A model generated the notes under the pieces. That model worked only from the letters and a program-made list of their open reading frames with translations. It had not been told where the DNA came from and ran no database searches. From contig CP145419.1 of assembly GCA_036867785.1 (NCBI GenBank), positions 620,001 to 684,000 on the forward strand: a DNA stretch of 64,000 bases. Reading direction: 5' to 3'. Shown here one piece after another: positions 46,401 to 58,821 of this stretch. The translations under genes and the position numbers were made by a program. Every line of letters starts with the position of its first letter. The first letter of the stretch is position 1. This DNA comes from Plasmodiophora brassicae. Taxonomy: Eukaryota.

Positions 46401-49400
46401 GACGCGCCATGAACGTCGTTCGCTGATGCAGTTCTGGGAGGGCGAGCTTCGGGACGAAATCGCGTCAACGCTCTCTGTGCAGGGCGATGAAATCAGGACA
46501 ATAACGACGGCGATTGGAGCGCTTCATGATCGGGCGAAGATCAGGTTGCTTCGGACGAAGGCTGTGATCGGGGCAACAACTACGGGCGCGGCCAAGTACC
46601 ACCATTTGATTGAGGGTGCGCGCCCAATCGTTCTTGTCTGTGAGGAAGCGGGCGAGATACTCGAGAGCCACCTACTGGCGACGCTGTCCAGCGGGCATGT
46701 ACAGCAGTTTATCAGCATCGGAGACCATCTCCAGTTGAGGCCGCACGTCGCTGAATACGACCTGTCGTCTGATTCTGCCACCGGAGCCAGATATCGACTC
46801 GATATGTCCATGTTTGAGAGACTTCAGCAACCCGAGTACAAGTTTCCGTTGCAAATCCTTGACATCCAGAGGCGAATGCGGCCGGTAATAAGCAGGCTGA
46901 TCAGGGAAACGCTGTACCCGCGGTTGCAGGATGGGTGCAACGTCGGGCAGTATCCCGATGTCGCCGGCATGTGCTCGAACGTCCACTTCTTCGACCACAG
47001 CCATCCCGAGGGTCAGCACGATGCTATGTCCGCTTCATCGTACTGGAACGAGTTCGAGGTCAACATGGTGGTCGCCTTGACGTTGTACCTGCTGAAGCAA
47101 GGCTACAGCGGGTCTGACATCACCATTCTAACGCCCTACGTCAGACAACTTCTACGGATCCGCCAGGCTCTGGCCAAGAGCATCATCGTCGTCGTCAACG
47201 AGCGCGACCAGGAGGAGATCGATCGGATGAAGGGCGACGCCATGTCTACCAGCGGTGAAGCACCGGTCGTAACAATGGCTCAAAAGGTGCCGCTCAACAA
47301 GTGTGTTCGTGTTTCAACCATCGACAACTTCCAAGGCGAGGAGTCAAAAGTCGTCATCATCAGTTTGGTGAGGAACTCGGGCCATCCCGATCGCATCGCG
47401 GCGAATCATCGGATCGGGTTCCTAAAGTCGCCCAACCGGATCAACGTCCTCTTGTCTCGGGCCATGCACGGCATGTTCCTCATTGGGCAAGCCGCCCTGC
47501 TTCGTGCCCGTTCCGCGATGTGGACCCAGCTGCTCGACCTCCTCGACGATGCCGTCAGCGATCGTTGGCGAATCCGGTGCCAGAACCATCCTCACGACAT
47601 TCGCGAAATTTCGACTCCTGACATGCTCAACATTATGGCGCCCGAAGGCGGGTGCCTGTTGCCGTGCGAATGCAAACTGGTCGGCTGTGGCCACCAGTGC
47701 CCTCGCCTATGCCACGCTGACCTACCCGATCACAAGGGCATCCACTGTCCGAAACCCTGCCCGCGTCTCCACAGAGACTGTCAGCACACGTGCCCGAAAC
47801 CATGCGGCGACCCGTGTGGGGATTGTGTCGTCGACATGGGCACTGTCGAGCTGCCGTGCGGGCACCCGTTCGATCATGCTCCCTGCCATTTATCACGGGA
47901 CCCGAACAGGATTCGCTGCCTGACTCTGGTCGATATGACCGTCCCTGCGTGTGGGCACGCTCAGACGTCTCCATGCTACGTAAGTCCCAGTGAAGTGTTC
48001 TGCAAGGTGGCCTGCGGTGCCGTTCTTCCATGCGGCCACTCCTGTTCTGCCCGATGCGGGCAATGTGCCCGGCTAACGTTGAGGAAGGTATGGAGTCCCG
48101 ACGTCGGCCTCCTCGGTCCACTGGCGGATGGCCGCACTGAGCATCCACCCTGCTCGATTCGATGTGGCAGGCGTCTGGAGTGCCAGATGCATTCCTGTCC
48201 CGCAAGATGCCATCCCAAAGATCAGCCGTGCCCGCCTTGTCAGCAGACGTGCACGTTGATGCGATGCCCACATTCACGTTGCAATCACGCTTGCGGTAAG
48301 CCATGTCGGCCTTGTATTGAGCCTTGCCTGTGGGAATGCTCCCACCGGCAACGGTGTCCCATGCCGTGTGGAGCACCATGTACGCGTCTGCCCTGCAATG
48401 AGAGGTGCAGCGAGATGTTGCCCTGCGGGCATCGATGCCCTTCCGTTTGCGGGGAACCGTGCCCGGCAACGAAATTCTGCCAGGTCTGCGCGCCGGATGC
48501 CATCAAAGGTTTACAAGCCGATCTGTTCGAGTTCAAAACATACTCTGCTATTGACGTCAACTTAACGCCCATCATTGTTCTTGAGTGTGGCCATTTGAAG
48601 ACTGCCGAATCGTTGGACGGCGCCGTCGCTCTGACCGAGTTCTACAAGCGAGACCCGGATGGCTCCTGGACCGACGATGGATCGTTCCCGAGTCGCCACA
48701 ACGAACTTGTCAAGATGCCCCTCTGTCCAGATTGTCGGGCGCCCATTCGTTCTGTCCGGCGTTACGGTCGCATCATCAAGCAGGCCGCCATTGACGTCGC
48801 CGAACGCATCTTCCTCCAGAACGCGAACAGACCGCTCGCTGTCCTGAACCAGAAGGTGCACGATGTCATCGAGGAAGGGCCTGGCGGGCAGAAGCGTGGC
48901 GGTTTGACTGGGCGTCAGATACATGACGCGTTCAAGAGCCTCTTGTCGGAGATCGAGAACTATGAGACATTCGCCTATGAATCCCCTGAGCGCGTGATCT
49001 ACGACGCCAGTGTTGTTATGCTGAATCACCGTCGACTGCCGGAGTGCACCAGTCTCATGCCGCCATTGCCAAGAGCGCGATTCCTCGGCGGTGCGATCCT
49101 GCTTCGGTCCCAGGTGCTCGGCGAGTGTGCCCGGATGCTTGCAGATGCGGCCGCCGAACAAGGCAAGGCGCTGAAAACGATCGCATTCGAGTCGCGCGCT
49201 ACAGTTGAACTCGCAATGGCGCTCAGCAAGAAGGCGTACGACGTGTTCACCGAGTCGAAGAATATGTCGCTGGCGTGTGCTGCGAAATTCGAGTACGTTT
49301 CGCAGGGTCGCGACTGGATCCTAATTCTTAGGCGGCACCGGTCATCATGGCGTTCGATGACTGACGAAGAATCCTTACGACGAACGCGCGCGTTTGCCGA

Positions 49401-49773
49401 ACATCTTCGTCGCGACGAATTGCCTCTCTGCTGCGTAAGCGAGAACTTCCTGAACACGAACGCAGAACGCGTTGATGCCCTGGCGCGATCCTTGAGCCGT
49501 ATCGTTGTGGGCGACGTCTTCTATCAGCGCGTTCCCGAAGAAGAACAGCGTATGGTGTTCCACGCCATGCAGCAGCAGGAATTTCACGGCACGGGGCACT
49601 GGTACCGCTGCCCAAACGGACACATGTACACGGTGGGCGAATGCGGTATGGCCATGCAGCGCTCAACCTGTCCCGAGTGTGGCGCGACGATTGGTGGCGC
49701 TGACCATTCGTTTGATCCGGGGAACGTTCACGCCGGCGATTTCGAGCGTCGCATGGGCCATGGGCATGGCTGA
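43497..49773 (+). CDS. ZNFX1: ZNFX1-like SF1 RNA helicase with N-terminal CCCH fingers, NF-X1 fingers, RING-like segment and C-terminal RZ finger
   Basis: Exon 1 (MVVVGASPSSTTVR) is spliced via intron 43538-43604. HDND...IPT; LLDTHFRLLRED; IQGPPGTGKS; CYTNHALDQFL; CEEAGE; IGDHLQLRP; SMFERL; QRRMRP; TIDNFQGEE; NRINVLLSRA; many CGHxC repeats; GHWYRCPNGHMYTVGECGMAMQRSTCPECGATIGG. Confidence 0.93.
43579..43801 (+). repeat. Perfect 111-bp tandem duplication (intron 3' end + CCCH-encoding segment)
   Basis: 43579-43689 is identical to 43690-43800. Confidence 0.95.
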
Positions 49774-49982
49774 CTTCCGTACCACTTACCAGACCCCCTG
49801 TCGCCCATAAGGCCATAACACATCCCGCAAATTCGTTCGATCGACCCATTTCCGAATAAAGAAATCCGCGTTGCACAGTCGTTTGTGCCAGCAGCTCTTA
49901 TGGAGCTCGGCTTTTGGGAGCCGCCTCGACGCGCAACTTCTATCCCGAAGCGGTCGCTCCGGATCAAAAGACGAACGCCGGG

Positions 49983-51674
49983 ATGGGGGTCGCTGCTGGC
50001 GCCGAACCGGGTGGGGTCGGCAGGCTGGCGGGCCCGTCCGCGTTCTGGATGCTGTGGGCGTCGCAGATCGTCTCGCTGCTCGGCACCGACATGACGCGGT
50101 TCGCCCTGCGCCTGTGGGCGTTCCGCGAAGCCGACGAGATGAGCGATTTCGCCTGGCTGACGTTCTTCGCCGAGGTCCATCTATATATCTCGCTCTGCGG
50201 CAACGTTTCTTGCGATCCTGGGCCAACCGCTGCATGCTCACTATAGGCGCCGTCACTCTTGCTATCACCCGTTGCCGGCCTGGTCGCTGATCGGCTGCCT
50301 CGCAAGTCAGGTCGGGGCACCGGCGTCTGAAACGTCGGCCGCGATCGTAATGATGTTCCGGGTGGCAGTGATGGCCGTATCCGACGCGCTGTCCATGGCG
50401 TCGAATGTGGCGCTGTTCCTCATGTACCAGTCTGGAACGATGACATTGTCGGGGCTGTACGTCGCGAATGCGATCCAGTCGATATGCAATTCGTTCCAGT
50501 GGCCGGCCTTCATCGCGACCATGACGACCCTGATCCCGAAGAAGGACCTTGTTCGCTACGGGGCGCTGAACGAGGTCAGAGGCGCTGGCTGTTTCCCATC
50601 GTTCGCGCTCCCTGATTGCCCTGTTCGTGCTATTAGGCGATCCCCGCTCTGGTGATGCTGTTCGCGCCTTCCATTGCGGCGGGCGTGCTCTCATCGACCA
50701 ATAACGATATCCGCATCGTGTTCTACATCGAGTTCGCATCGTTCGTCGTCGGATTCGTGATTCTCGTCGGCGCGGCACTGCCACGACAACAACAACTGGG
50801 AAAGCAGCACGTTGCAGTCGCCGATATCCAGGTCAGTGCTGCTGCTTCAGCCAATGGTGTCTATCCGACTCGTCTTCATGTCCCGGTAGCACGATCTGAT
50901 CGAGCCGTTCGCGTTCCTTCGTCGCCGCTCAGGCCTGTGCTTGCTCATGGCGTTCCTGTTCCTGACGAACTTCTCGGCGGGTATCAACCAAGTGCTGATG
51001 ACGCCCATGATCCTGGGTTTCGCCAGCGGGTCGGCGCTGGGCATAATCCTGACCGCATCAGGACTGGGTGGAATCGCAGGCAGCGTCCTGCTCAGCATGT
51101 ACGGGGGCCCGTCCAACAACGCTGCTGGAATGCTGGTCGGCTGCATGGCGCAGGTTGGCCTGGACGATCTATTCCCAGTGGGTGTCTCATGCGTTTCCGC
51201 GCTTAGGGTGTCCTTCTAGCAGCCTCGGGCCTGTTCGCAAACAGCATCGCCATCGTCACGATTGCGTTCGTCTACATGATGGTGATTCCGACTGTCCGCG
51301 TCTGCCGTCAGGCGATCTTCCAGAAGAAGACCCCGCCGGAGATGCTGGGCCGCGTCTTCTCCATTCAGCGGGCCATCCAGCGCGCCGCCCTGCCCCTGTC
51401 CGCCGTCGTTAGCGGCGCCCTGGCCGATGTCTTCGAACCGTACCTCATTGACCGGCATGCGCCTCTTGCGAACAGCATCGGCGCCGTCGTCGGCGTTGGC
51501 AAGGGTCGCGGCATCGCTCTGATCTTCATCCTTCTCGGGGTCGGCCTGCTCACCGCCAGTGTCGCCGCCTACTGCTACGAACCGCTCCGGTGCATTGAAT
51601 TGCACCTGCCCGACTGCAAGCCGCTCAGCGTCGTGGACGACGACGGCGCCAGCGCGAAAGCGAAGCAACGATAA
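49983..51674 (+). CDS. MFS transporter, DHA3/macrolide-efflux-like (multi-exon)
   Basis: FWMLWASQIVSLLGTDMTRFAL; AGLVADRLPR; NSFQWPAFIATMTTLIPK; QAIFQKKTPPEMLGRVFS; FEPYL...VGVGKGRGIALIF...LRCIELHLPD. Confidence 0.85.
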
Positions 51675-51919
51675 ACGAGACATCTGTCATTAGCGCTTGG
51701 GCGCACAGGCACCGACGGGGAGTGCCGAGCACCCCTCGTTGCCCAGGACCTCGACCGCGCTCCCAGCAGCACGTCAAGTAGGCGACGAGGCTGCGAGTAC
51801 AACGCGGACGGGGATAGGGGCGGTCTGCTGGATGTATAATGAATATGTTAAGTGAGGCAGGCGATCACAACATAATGATGGCGTAGGAGCACACGGGCGG
51901 GCGAACACGGCGCGTGGCG

Positions 51920-52749
51920 TCATGCGGCGTCGGGGGCGAAGTCCAGGGCGGATACAGGGGAGCTGGGCGGCGACCCGTCGTACTCCTGCTTGTACACCTG
52001 GAACAGCAGCTGGACGCACCGACGGAGGTCGTCGCTCCTGCTGTGCTTGCTGCAGGACGCCCAGACGGGCGGCAGGTCGGACATGATCCTGGCGGCCTGC
52101 ACGACGCAGGCGCCGACGACGGACGCGCTCCATTGGTTGAACTCGTAGTGCATCAGGGCGACCCGGGCCAGCCGCGTCTGCCGTCGTTCCAGGTCCCGCG
52201 ACGCGTGCGCCCTGCCGCTCAGCAGGTCGCTGACCTCGGCGTACATCGCGGCGAACTCCAGGATGGACGGCGGGCGGACGTTCCACGACAGCGCGACGAG
52301 GATCGACCGCTCCATCTGGACCACTTCTCTCTGCGGGTACGCGCCCTCGGCGCACAGCACGAACGCGCTCACCGACGGTACACGACCGGCGGGCTCGGCG
52401 TACTTTGCTGCACAGGCGAACCACCCACGACGTTAGCAGGGCGGACACGGCGCGGGCGACCGGCGCCCCATCCCCCCGTACCGGCGATCAGGACGGCGCA
52501 GATGGCGACCAGCTGCCACTTCGTGCGGCAGATCACGAACCGCGACAGGGCGCGGTCGACGTGGTTGACGGCCATGTGCAGCGTCGCCTGCGTCAGCCCG
52601 AACTCGTCGACGACCTGCGCCATGAACTCGACCAGGACCCGCCGGTGCTTCACGTACGCGGCCGTCGGCGCGAACGTCGCGTACGCCGCCTGGCGCGTCA
52701 GCATCGCGTCGACCTCGCCCCCCAGCACGCCCAGGCGCCCGTCGTCCAT
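51920..52749 (-). CDS. Cyclin-box protein (cyclin J/A-like, 2 exons)
   Basis: HRRVLVEFMAQVVDEFGLTQATLHMAVNHVDR...WQLVAICAVLIA|AKYAE...VPSV...MERSILVALSWNVRPPS. Confidence 0.85.
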
Positions 52750-53188
52750 TGGCGGCAAGATTCGACGACGCTCGGCGGCGCTCTTTCCGACTGACGTCAA
52801 CTTGGCACCCCTGGCCCGCCCCCTCCCCCCCGCACGCCGCCGCCCGACCCCAAACGACGCCATCGCGCGCAGATGCGGGGCGCACGTCGCGACGTCGCCC
52901 TAGGGGGGGAAATCGGCGCCGCACCCGCACCCGCCGCACCGCACCGCACGGCGGCGGCTGCGCGTCGCACGTCACGACGAACGACGGCGGCGGCCATGCC
53001 GCCCGTCAACGTTACGCGCGCGCGCGACACCGTTACACGCGCGCCGCCTTCGTGCTGTAGGGGGGGGGCGCACAGCCACAGCCACCTCCGTCGCCCCGGG
53101 CTACCCTGATCGGGCGAGGCCCAATGGCGTGCTGCCGCCGTCGTGGTGGTGGTGACTCACGACCCGCGGCAACGAGTTCCGTCCCAGA

Positions 53189-54577
53189 ATGGAACGGATC
53201 TCGCTTCTGAGCCATCGCGTGGTCGTCAGCGACGACGACAGCGACGGCGCCGATGGTGTCGGGCCGGCAACGACTAACAGGCCCGCATTGACGGTGTGGG
53301 ATCGCGTGCCTCCCGGGCGGTCGCTGTGGACGCTGGTCCTTGCCGTCACGGCGATCGTCAGCGTTGGCGCGATCGCATGCGCGCTGACCGTGGCCGTTCA
53401 TCATCCACACAGCATCGTCAACCCAGCGGGGCTTGTCGAGGAACGTCGCGCGCAGCACGACGATGCCGTCGGGAAGGCCACGCGGTACTTCCTGGACGAA
53501 CGCCGGCCGCGCCCTGTGCTCGCTCAGGCGCACCCCGAGGTCACGCTGGTCGCCATGACCGTCCGGCGAGCGGTGCCGTACATCCAGGTCTGGATGTGGT
53601 CGCTGCTGACAAGGCACGACCCCGACACTCTGAGGCGCACCTCCATCGTTGTCATCAACCACGGTGGAGAGGATAACGCCGCCAGCGTTGCTCCGTTCCG
53701 GGCGGACGGCATCGAGGTCGTCTCCATCGACGACTACGATCGCAGCCAGTGGCTCTCGATGCAGTACGTCGGGTTCGTCCACGCCCTGCAGGCCTGCCGG
53801 ATGAAATCGTCGACTTGGTGCGTTGTCTGCGAAGAGGATGGCCTGTGGGCGCGAGACTCCATCGACGTCTTCCTGCGTCTCGCCGAGCAGGTCCCGGCGA
53901 CATCCGATACCATGGTCAAGCTGTTCAGGCCCACCACCTTCGACGGGTGGCGTACCGATCGCCTGTGGCAATTGGCCTTCGAGCTGGGTCTCCTACCGGT
54001 TGCGATCGCCGTCCTCCTCACTTCCTGTGTCGTTGCCCTTATGGTCGTGCTGACCAAGCGTCGGGCAGTACCCCACAGAGGCCTGGTTCGCCGTCGGATT
54101 CGTCTATCGGTCCTGGTCCTGATGGCGCTCATCTGGATCGACGTGATCGTCTGCTGCCTGATCCTCGGCAGACAGAACGTCGTCGACCTGGTCACGTGGG
54201 ATCGTTCGCCCGGCCTGGAACCGTGCCCGTTCCCGCTGTCGAACATCGCGATCGCGTTTCGTGGCGCTGCCGGGATACGCGCTCTGGAACGCCATCTCTC
54301 CGCCCTGCTCTCCAAATCAGGGGACCTGCAGCAGATCGACCTGGAGGTCTACGCCTGGGCCGAGCGGAACGACTGGGCCATCCTGCAGACCAGGCCGTCG
54401 CTCGTCCAGCACATCGGCGCCTTCTCGTCGAACCGCCACAAGAACCAGGGCGATTTCGCGCAGATGCTCCAGGACCATCGGTACCGCGACGACGCGCCGG
54501 CCACTGCCTCGCCCTACTATACAATTGGACGCGCCCGCCCTTCCCCGATGGCGTTCGTTCGGCCCATGGGCACATAA
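53189..54577 (+). CDS. PGAP4/TMEM246-like GT-A glycosyltransferase (intronless)
   Basis: N-terminal TM; VVCEEDG; MVKLFRP; two internal TM helices splitting the GT-A fold; IDL; PSLVQHIGAFSS. Confidence 0.75.
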   Translation: MERISLLSHRVVVSDDDSDGADGVGPATTNRPALTVWDRVPPGRSLWTLVLAVTAIVSVGAIACALTVAVHHPHSIVNPAGLVEERRAQHDDAVGKATRYFLDERRPRPVLAQAHPEVTLVAMTVRRAVPYIQVWMWSLLTRHDPDTLRRTSIVVINHGGEDNAASVAPFRADGIEVVSIDDYDRSQWLSMQYVGFVHALQACRMKSSTWCVVCEEDGLWARDSIDVFLRLAEQVPATSDTMVKLFRPTTFDGWRTDRLWQLAFELGLLPVAIAVLLTSCVVALMVVLTKRRAVPHRGLVRRRIRLSVLVLMALIWIDVIVCCLILGRQNVVDLVTWDRSPGLEPCPFPLSNIAIAFRGAAGIRALERHLSALLSKSGDLQQIDLEVYAWAERNDWAILQTRPSLVQHIGAFSSNRHKNQGDFAQMLQDHRYRDDAPATASPYYTIGRARPSPMAFVRPMGT

Positions 54578-54762
54578 AGAACCGCCGACAGGCACCGTTG
54601 GCAGCGCTGTGTGGTCTGCTGTTTACGCAGGCAGCCGCGTCGTTGTCAGCCGAGGGACGTCGTCCCTCGTGCCAGCTGATTGATCAATGAGGCGCACGTA
54701 GTGAGTGGGGTGCGGAGCCGGGTCGTTGCCGTTTCGGATGGAATGTTCATTTGCGAATTTGG

Positions 54763-55796
54763 ATGGCGGCGGAGGCGGACGCGGCCAGCGACGGTGGTGC
54801 GCCGGCGCGGGCGTCGGCGCTCTGGTCGGGGTTCGCGTCCGCGGTCGTCTCGTCCGTGACGGAATTCGTCGACACGCTCAGCAACGAGAACAGCGACCTG
54901 ATCGACGACGTCCGGCAGCGGTCGAAGGTCGTTGCGGACAACGTGAAGGGGTCGATCCAGGTCGCGCGGCGCGCGATCGACGACGCCGTGGTCCACCATG
55001 ACGGGTTGACGGCGATATCGACGTCGCTGGTCGGCCTGTTCGTGGCCGATGACAGCAGTACGACGCCGAGAAAGCGTGCGGGCCTGGCGGCGGGCACCGG
55101 CCTCGGGGAACGGATCCAGGCGATGCAGCGCGAGATCTCGTCGTACATATCCGACCCGGCGCCGACCTGCGAACTCGACGAGGACGTTGCCGAACGATAC
55201 GCCGCGTTCCGGACGGCGTTCGTGGCCGACGCCGCTGACAACGAGGCCGACCTGCAGCAGCATGCCGTTGTGAACGCGTTCTACAACGAACTCGGTCGGA
55301 TGAAATGGGTGCCAGGCACTCGTGTCGTTGCCCAGCTCCAGTAACGTGTGTGCGATGCAGTGCCAGAGAAGGTGTCCGGTGAGGATTTCTGGGCGCGCTA
55401 CCGGTTCCGGGTCGGCGAGCTGACCGCGGAAGAGGCGCGCCGGCAGCAGGTGCTGGCGCAGAACGCTGGGCTGAAGGCCGAGGTGGCGATCCCCGACCTA
55501 GACCTCACCTGGGGCGACGACGACGACGACGACGACGACGAGTCAGCGCCGACACGACACGCCGACAGTGACGCCGGCCGGGGCGAGGTCGGCACTGCCG
55601 ATGACGGGGAGCACAAGGTAGGCCGGTTGGGTCCGGGGAGTCACCGTCGCTCTCGACCTCCGCGTTGTGACCAATGCTACAGGCGTCATCCGCGCCGGAC
55701 GGCCCTGGCCGCTCCGAACCGTCGGCTCCTGCGGCGGCGGAGACAACGGCAGCCGCGGCACACGACAACGACGATGACTGGGAGAACTGGTCGTAG
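54763..55796 (+). CDS. BSD domain protein
   Basis: RIQAMQREISSYISDP; VNAFYNEL|VPEKVSGEDFWARYRFRV; C-terminal DDDWENWS. Confidence 0.85.
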
Positions 55797-55936
55797 TCTG
55801 CGGCGGTCCACGATGTCGTAAATATGGGGGATGATGGTTGGACTTGGCGTCGCGAGTGCGTTCCGTTTTGGTTTGGTGGTACGACCGCGGGCGCGCGCCG
55901 CGACGTCGCGTCGATCAGCGCCGCCGGATGCGAGTG

Positions 55937-57748
55937 ATGGCGACCGAGTCGGATAGCTGTCGCGCGATGATCAAGGACGAGGCCGACGACGGCGTGCGGA
56001 CGCGGACGTACAGGCGTCGATGGGCCATGCTCGCGATCTTCGATGGCATCGCGCTGGTCAACGGCCTCGAATGGATCACGTTCGCCCCGATCAATAGCCT
56101 TGCGCAAACGTCAGCCCGCTGTCGATAGGTTCGCGTGCTCAGCGCGGTCGTTCAGCGCCCGTCGTACAGGTACTATGGCGTATCGGCATCGGACATCAAC
56201 TTCCTCAGCACGATCTTCATGATCCTGTACGGCGCAACGTGGTGTGTCTCATATGGGCTGACGTCGTGCCTGGGCAGGTTCCTGCCTGGGTTGGTCGGGT
56301 CGTCGCTCCTCACGCACCGATACGGTTCGAGGACCATGGTGACCACGCCGTTCGTACTGTGGGTCGTGCCCGGGCCGCACGTCTGACCCCGGACGTGGGA
56401 CAGTGTATAACGTCGTCGGCTCTGAGCTTCGGCTGCGCCCTGTTGCGATGGGTCAGCACAGGCAGCGGGCAGGCTGGGCGACCGTTCGGGTACACGTACG
56501 CGCTGATCGGGCAAGTCCTTGGCGCGTTAGCCCAGCCAGCGCTGCTTGCCATGCCGGCCAGGTTGGCATCGGAATGGTTCCCCGCGTCGCAGGTCGGTGC
56601 TGCTGCTCGTATCGACGACCGGCGTCGCTGACGTGCGTGCGTCGAACCTCAGCGGAACACAGCCACTGTGGTCCTGTCGATGGCGAACCCTATCGGGATC
56701 GCGGTGGGGCAAGTCCTTCCCAGTATGATCGTACCCGGACCAGGCACTGACGGGTTCCCCCTGTTGTCCCTCATCGTGCTCGTCTGCGCCAGCGTGTCAT
56801 TCGTATCCAGCTGGTTCCTGTACGCTGCCGCGCCGTTGCTGGAAGGACCACTTATTTACTCGTTCGTTTCCAATTGTAGATGGTCAAAGCCGCCGCTGCC
56901 GCCCTCAGCGGCGGCCGCCCATCGTTCCGCAATCCATGTACATACCGACGCGCCGTCCATAATCGTGGGCCACCTTCGAACCATGTTTTCGACAAAGGGC
57001 TTCGTTGCTCTGACGGTCGGGTTCGGGATCGGCCTGGCTGTGTTCAACGTCGGTCGCTGTTTCGCGCCTGGTTGCGACACTGCTCCTAACGCCCCACCCA
57101 CCATGATAGGTTATCCTTACCGTCATCGAGGCTCTCATCGAACCAGCGGGATTCAAGTCCGACGATGCTGGCATCTTCGGTGGGATCGCCATCCTCGCCG
57201 GTCTCGTCGGTTCTGGTCAGCCGGTGCACACAGATGATTCCTCAGCGTCGCCGCTAATGTGACCTCGCCAGGTATTGCAGGAGGCGTTCTCGATGCCACA
57301 CAAAAGTACAGGGCGTTACTCAGGGTGTTCGCCGTCAGCAGCCTCGTCGTGGTTACTGCCACATTAACCGTCCTGGGGCTTCACCCGCCATATGCCCTGG
57401 CATGTGTAATGTTCGCGCTGCTGGGTGCCTCTATGCTTCCGATGCTCCCCCTCACCCTGGTGGGTATACGCCTGCATGTGGGGGGTTTGCCCATGGTCTT
57501 CGCTGACGCTGCCTGCTCAGGAAAGCGCGGCGGAATGCACGTATCCCGTTCCTGAGGAGTTATCCAGTGGAGTCCAGATGCTCGCCGGCAACGTCCTCGG
57601 GTTCGTCGGCGTCATTGTCGTCCAGTACCTTCTTGGCGGCCGCCCTGTCTTCCTCGTCTATTCGGCAGGCGAGTGTTTAATCGTTGCTGTCATGATCGTC
57701 GCCGCCTCCGCCATGTTCGTCTTCGATGGCCCGTATCTAAGGCAGTAG
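55937..57748 (+). CDS. SLC49/FLVCR-like MFS transporter (multi-exon; 3' end approximate)
   Basis: RTYRRRWAML...WITFAPI; GQVLGALAQP...PARLASEWFP; ANPIGIAVG; SKPPLPPS; ESAAECTYPVPEELSSG. Confidence 0.85.
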
Positions 57749-57853
57749 TAGGTAGTACACCCAAGAGCGCCGTTATATTTCGTTATATAGCGCGTGTTGT
57801 TCTTGCCGCCTGTGCGTCTGGATCGACAGCGGTACCCGATATCCCGACAACAA

Positions 57854-58630
57854 ATGGATGATGACGAATGGAGCCGAAGGTATCGCGACCTGATACGTCG
57901 CGCGAAAGAGCGACAGCTGGTGACGCGCGATCAGGGGCCTGCCGGCGTCCAGCAACCACCGAGCCCGCGCGCGCGCGTCACCGCCCCACGTCCCGATGTC
58001 GCCCAGCGTCGGTTCGATACGGCCATCGACCTGCCACCTAGGACACCCGCGGCCGTCCCGGTTAAGCGAAACGTTGTGGCGCGCCGGTCGCTTCCCCGAA
58101 CCTATTCTACAGCGGACCCGGTCGCGCACGCGCGAACGAAACCCGCTCCTCAGCTGAGGCCAATCCCGAAGGCAGCCGGGAAACCTGTGACGAATATCAC
58201 CGCCAAGCGGACGCCACCGTCGCAGGTCGAGGCGGCGAAAGCGCCCTTGACGCGGACGACATCGCTGCCGGCCATACCGAGGCGCTCCCGGTCAATGACC
58301 GCCCAGGAGTTGGAGGTTATCCTCGAACGCGGCTTGCGACGCCGTCATTCGCAGGACCTACTGCCCAGGACGCGGCCTGCATTGCAATGCCTGGACACGT
58401 GGGAATCGCAGCTGCTGGCATCCGACTTTGCTGTTGCGGGCGACGATGACGCTTGCCAGGTGCCCACCTTGTTCGAGGGCCGCGCCCCCGAACCGCGTGC
58501 CGTACCGGCCGACGGGCCCCGGGCGCCAGGCCGCAGGAGACTCGACGCCAACGATAAGGCTAGGCTATCAGCCCGGCGCCGCGTGCTACACCGCGTCCGA
58601 TCGCAGCGCCTGGCGACCATGATATCATAA
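57854..58630 (+). CDS. Hypothetical basic Pro/Arg-rich protein
   Basis: Single open frame filling an intergenic gap; no domain recognised. Confidence 0.5.
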   Translation: MDDDEWSRRYRDLIRRAKERQLVTRDQGPAGVQQPPSPRARVTAPRPDVAQRRFDTAIDLPPRTPAAVPVKRNVVARRSLPRTYSTADPVAHARTKPAPQLRPIPKAAGKPVTNITAKRTPPSQVEAAKAPLTRTTSLPAIPRRSRSMTAQELEVILERGLRRRHSQDLLPRTRPALQCLDTWESQLLASDFAVAGDDDACQVPTLFEGRAPEPRAVPADGPRAPGRRRLDANDKARLSARRRVLHRVRSQRLATMIS

Positions 58631-58821
58631 ACATGGGTCAAACCCGGGTCGCGCGGGACAGCTGTATGAGTGTTCCCGGAGGCTGCGCGCGCCCCGTGTG
58701 CCGGCACGCGGCACGTCGTGGACTGCAACACACGGCAACGTGCGCCCATCGGAGCTGCTGGAAGAGGTAGCCTCCGAAGTCCGAGAGACGAGTCGGGCGT
58801 TTTTCGTGGCGGTGTGTCACG

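Noticed and set aside
8798-52749. Apparent clustering of cell-cycle genes (kinesin-6, Rad1, Dad2, two cyclins)
   Set aside because: They are dispersed over 44 kb among unrelated genes, so this cannot be told apart from chance.
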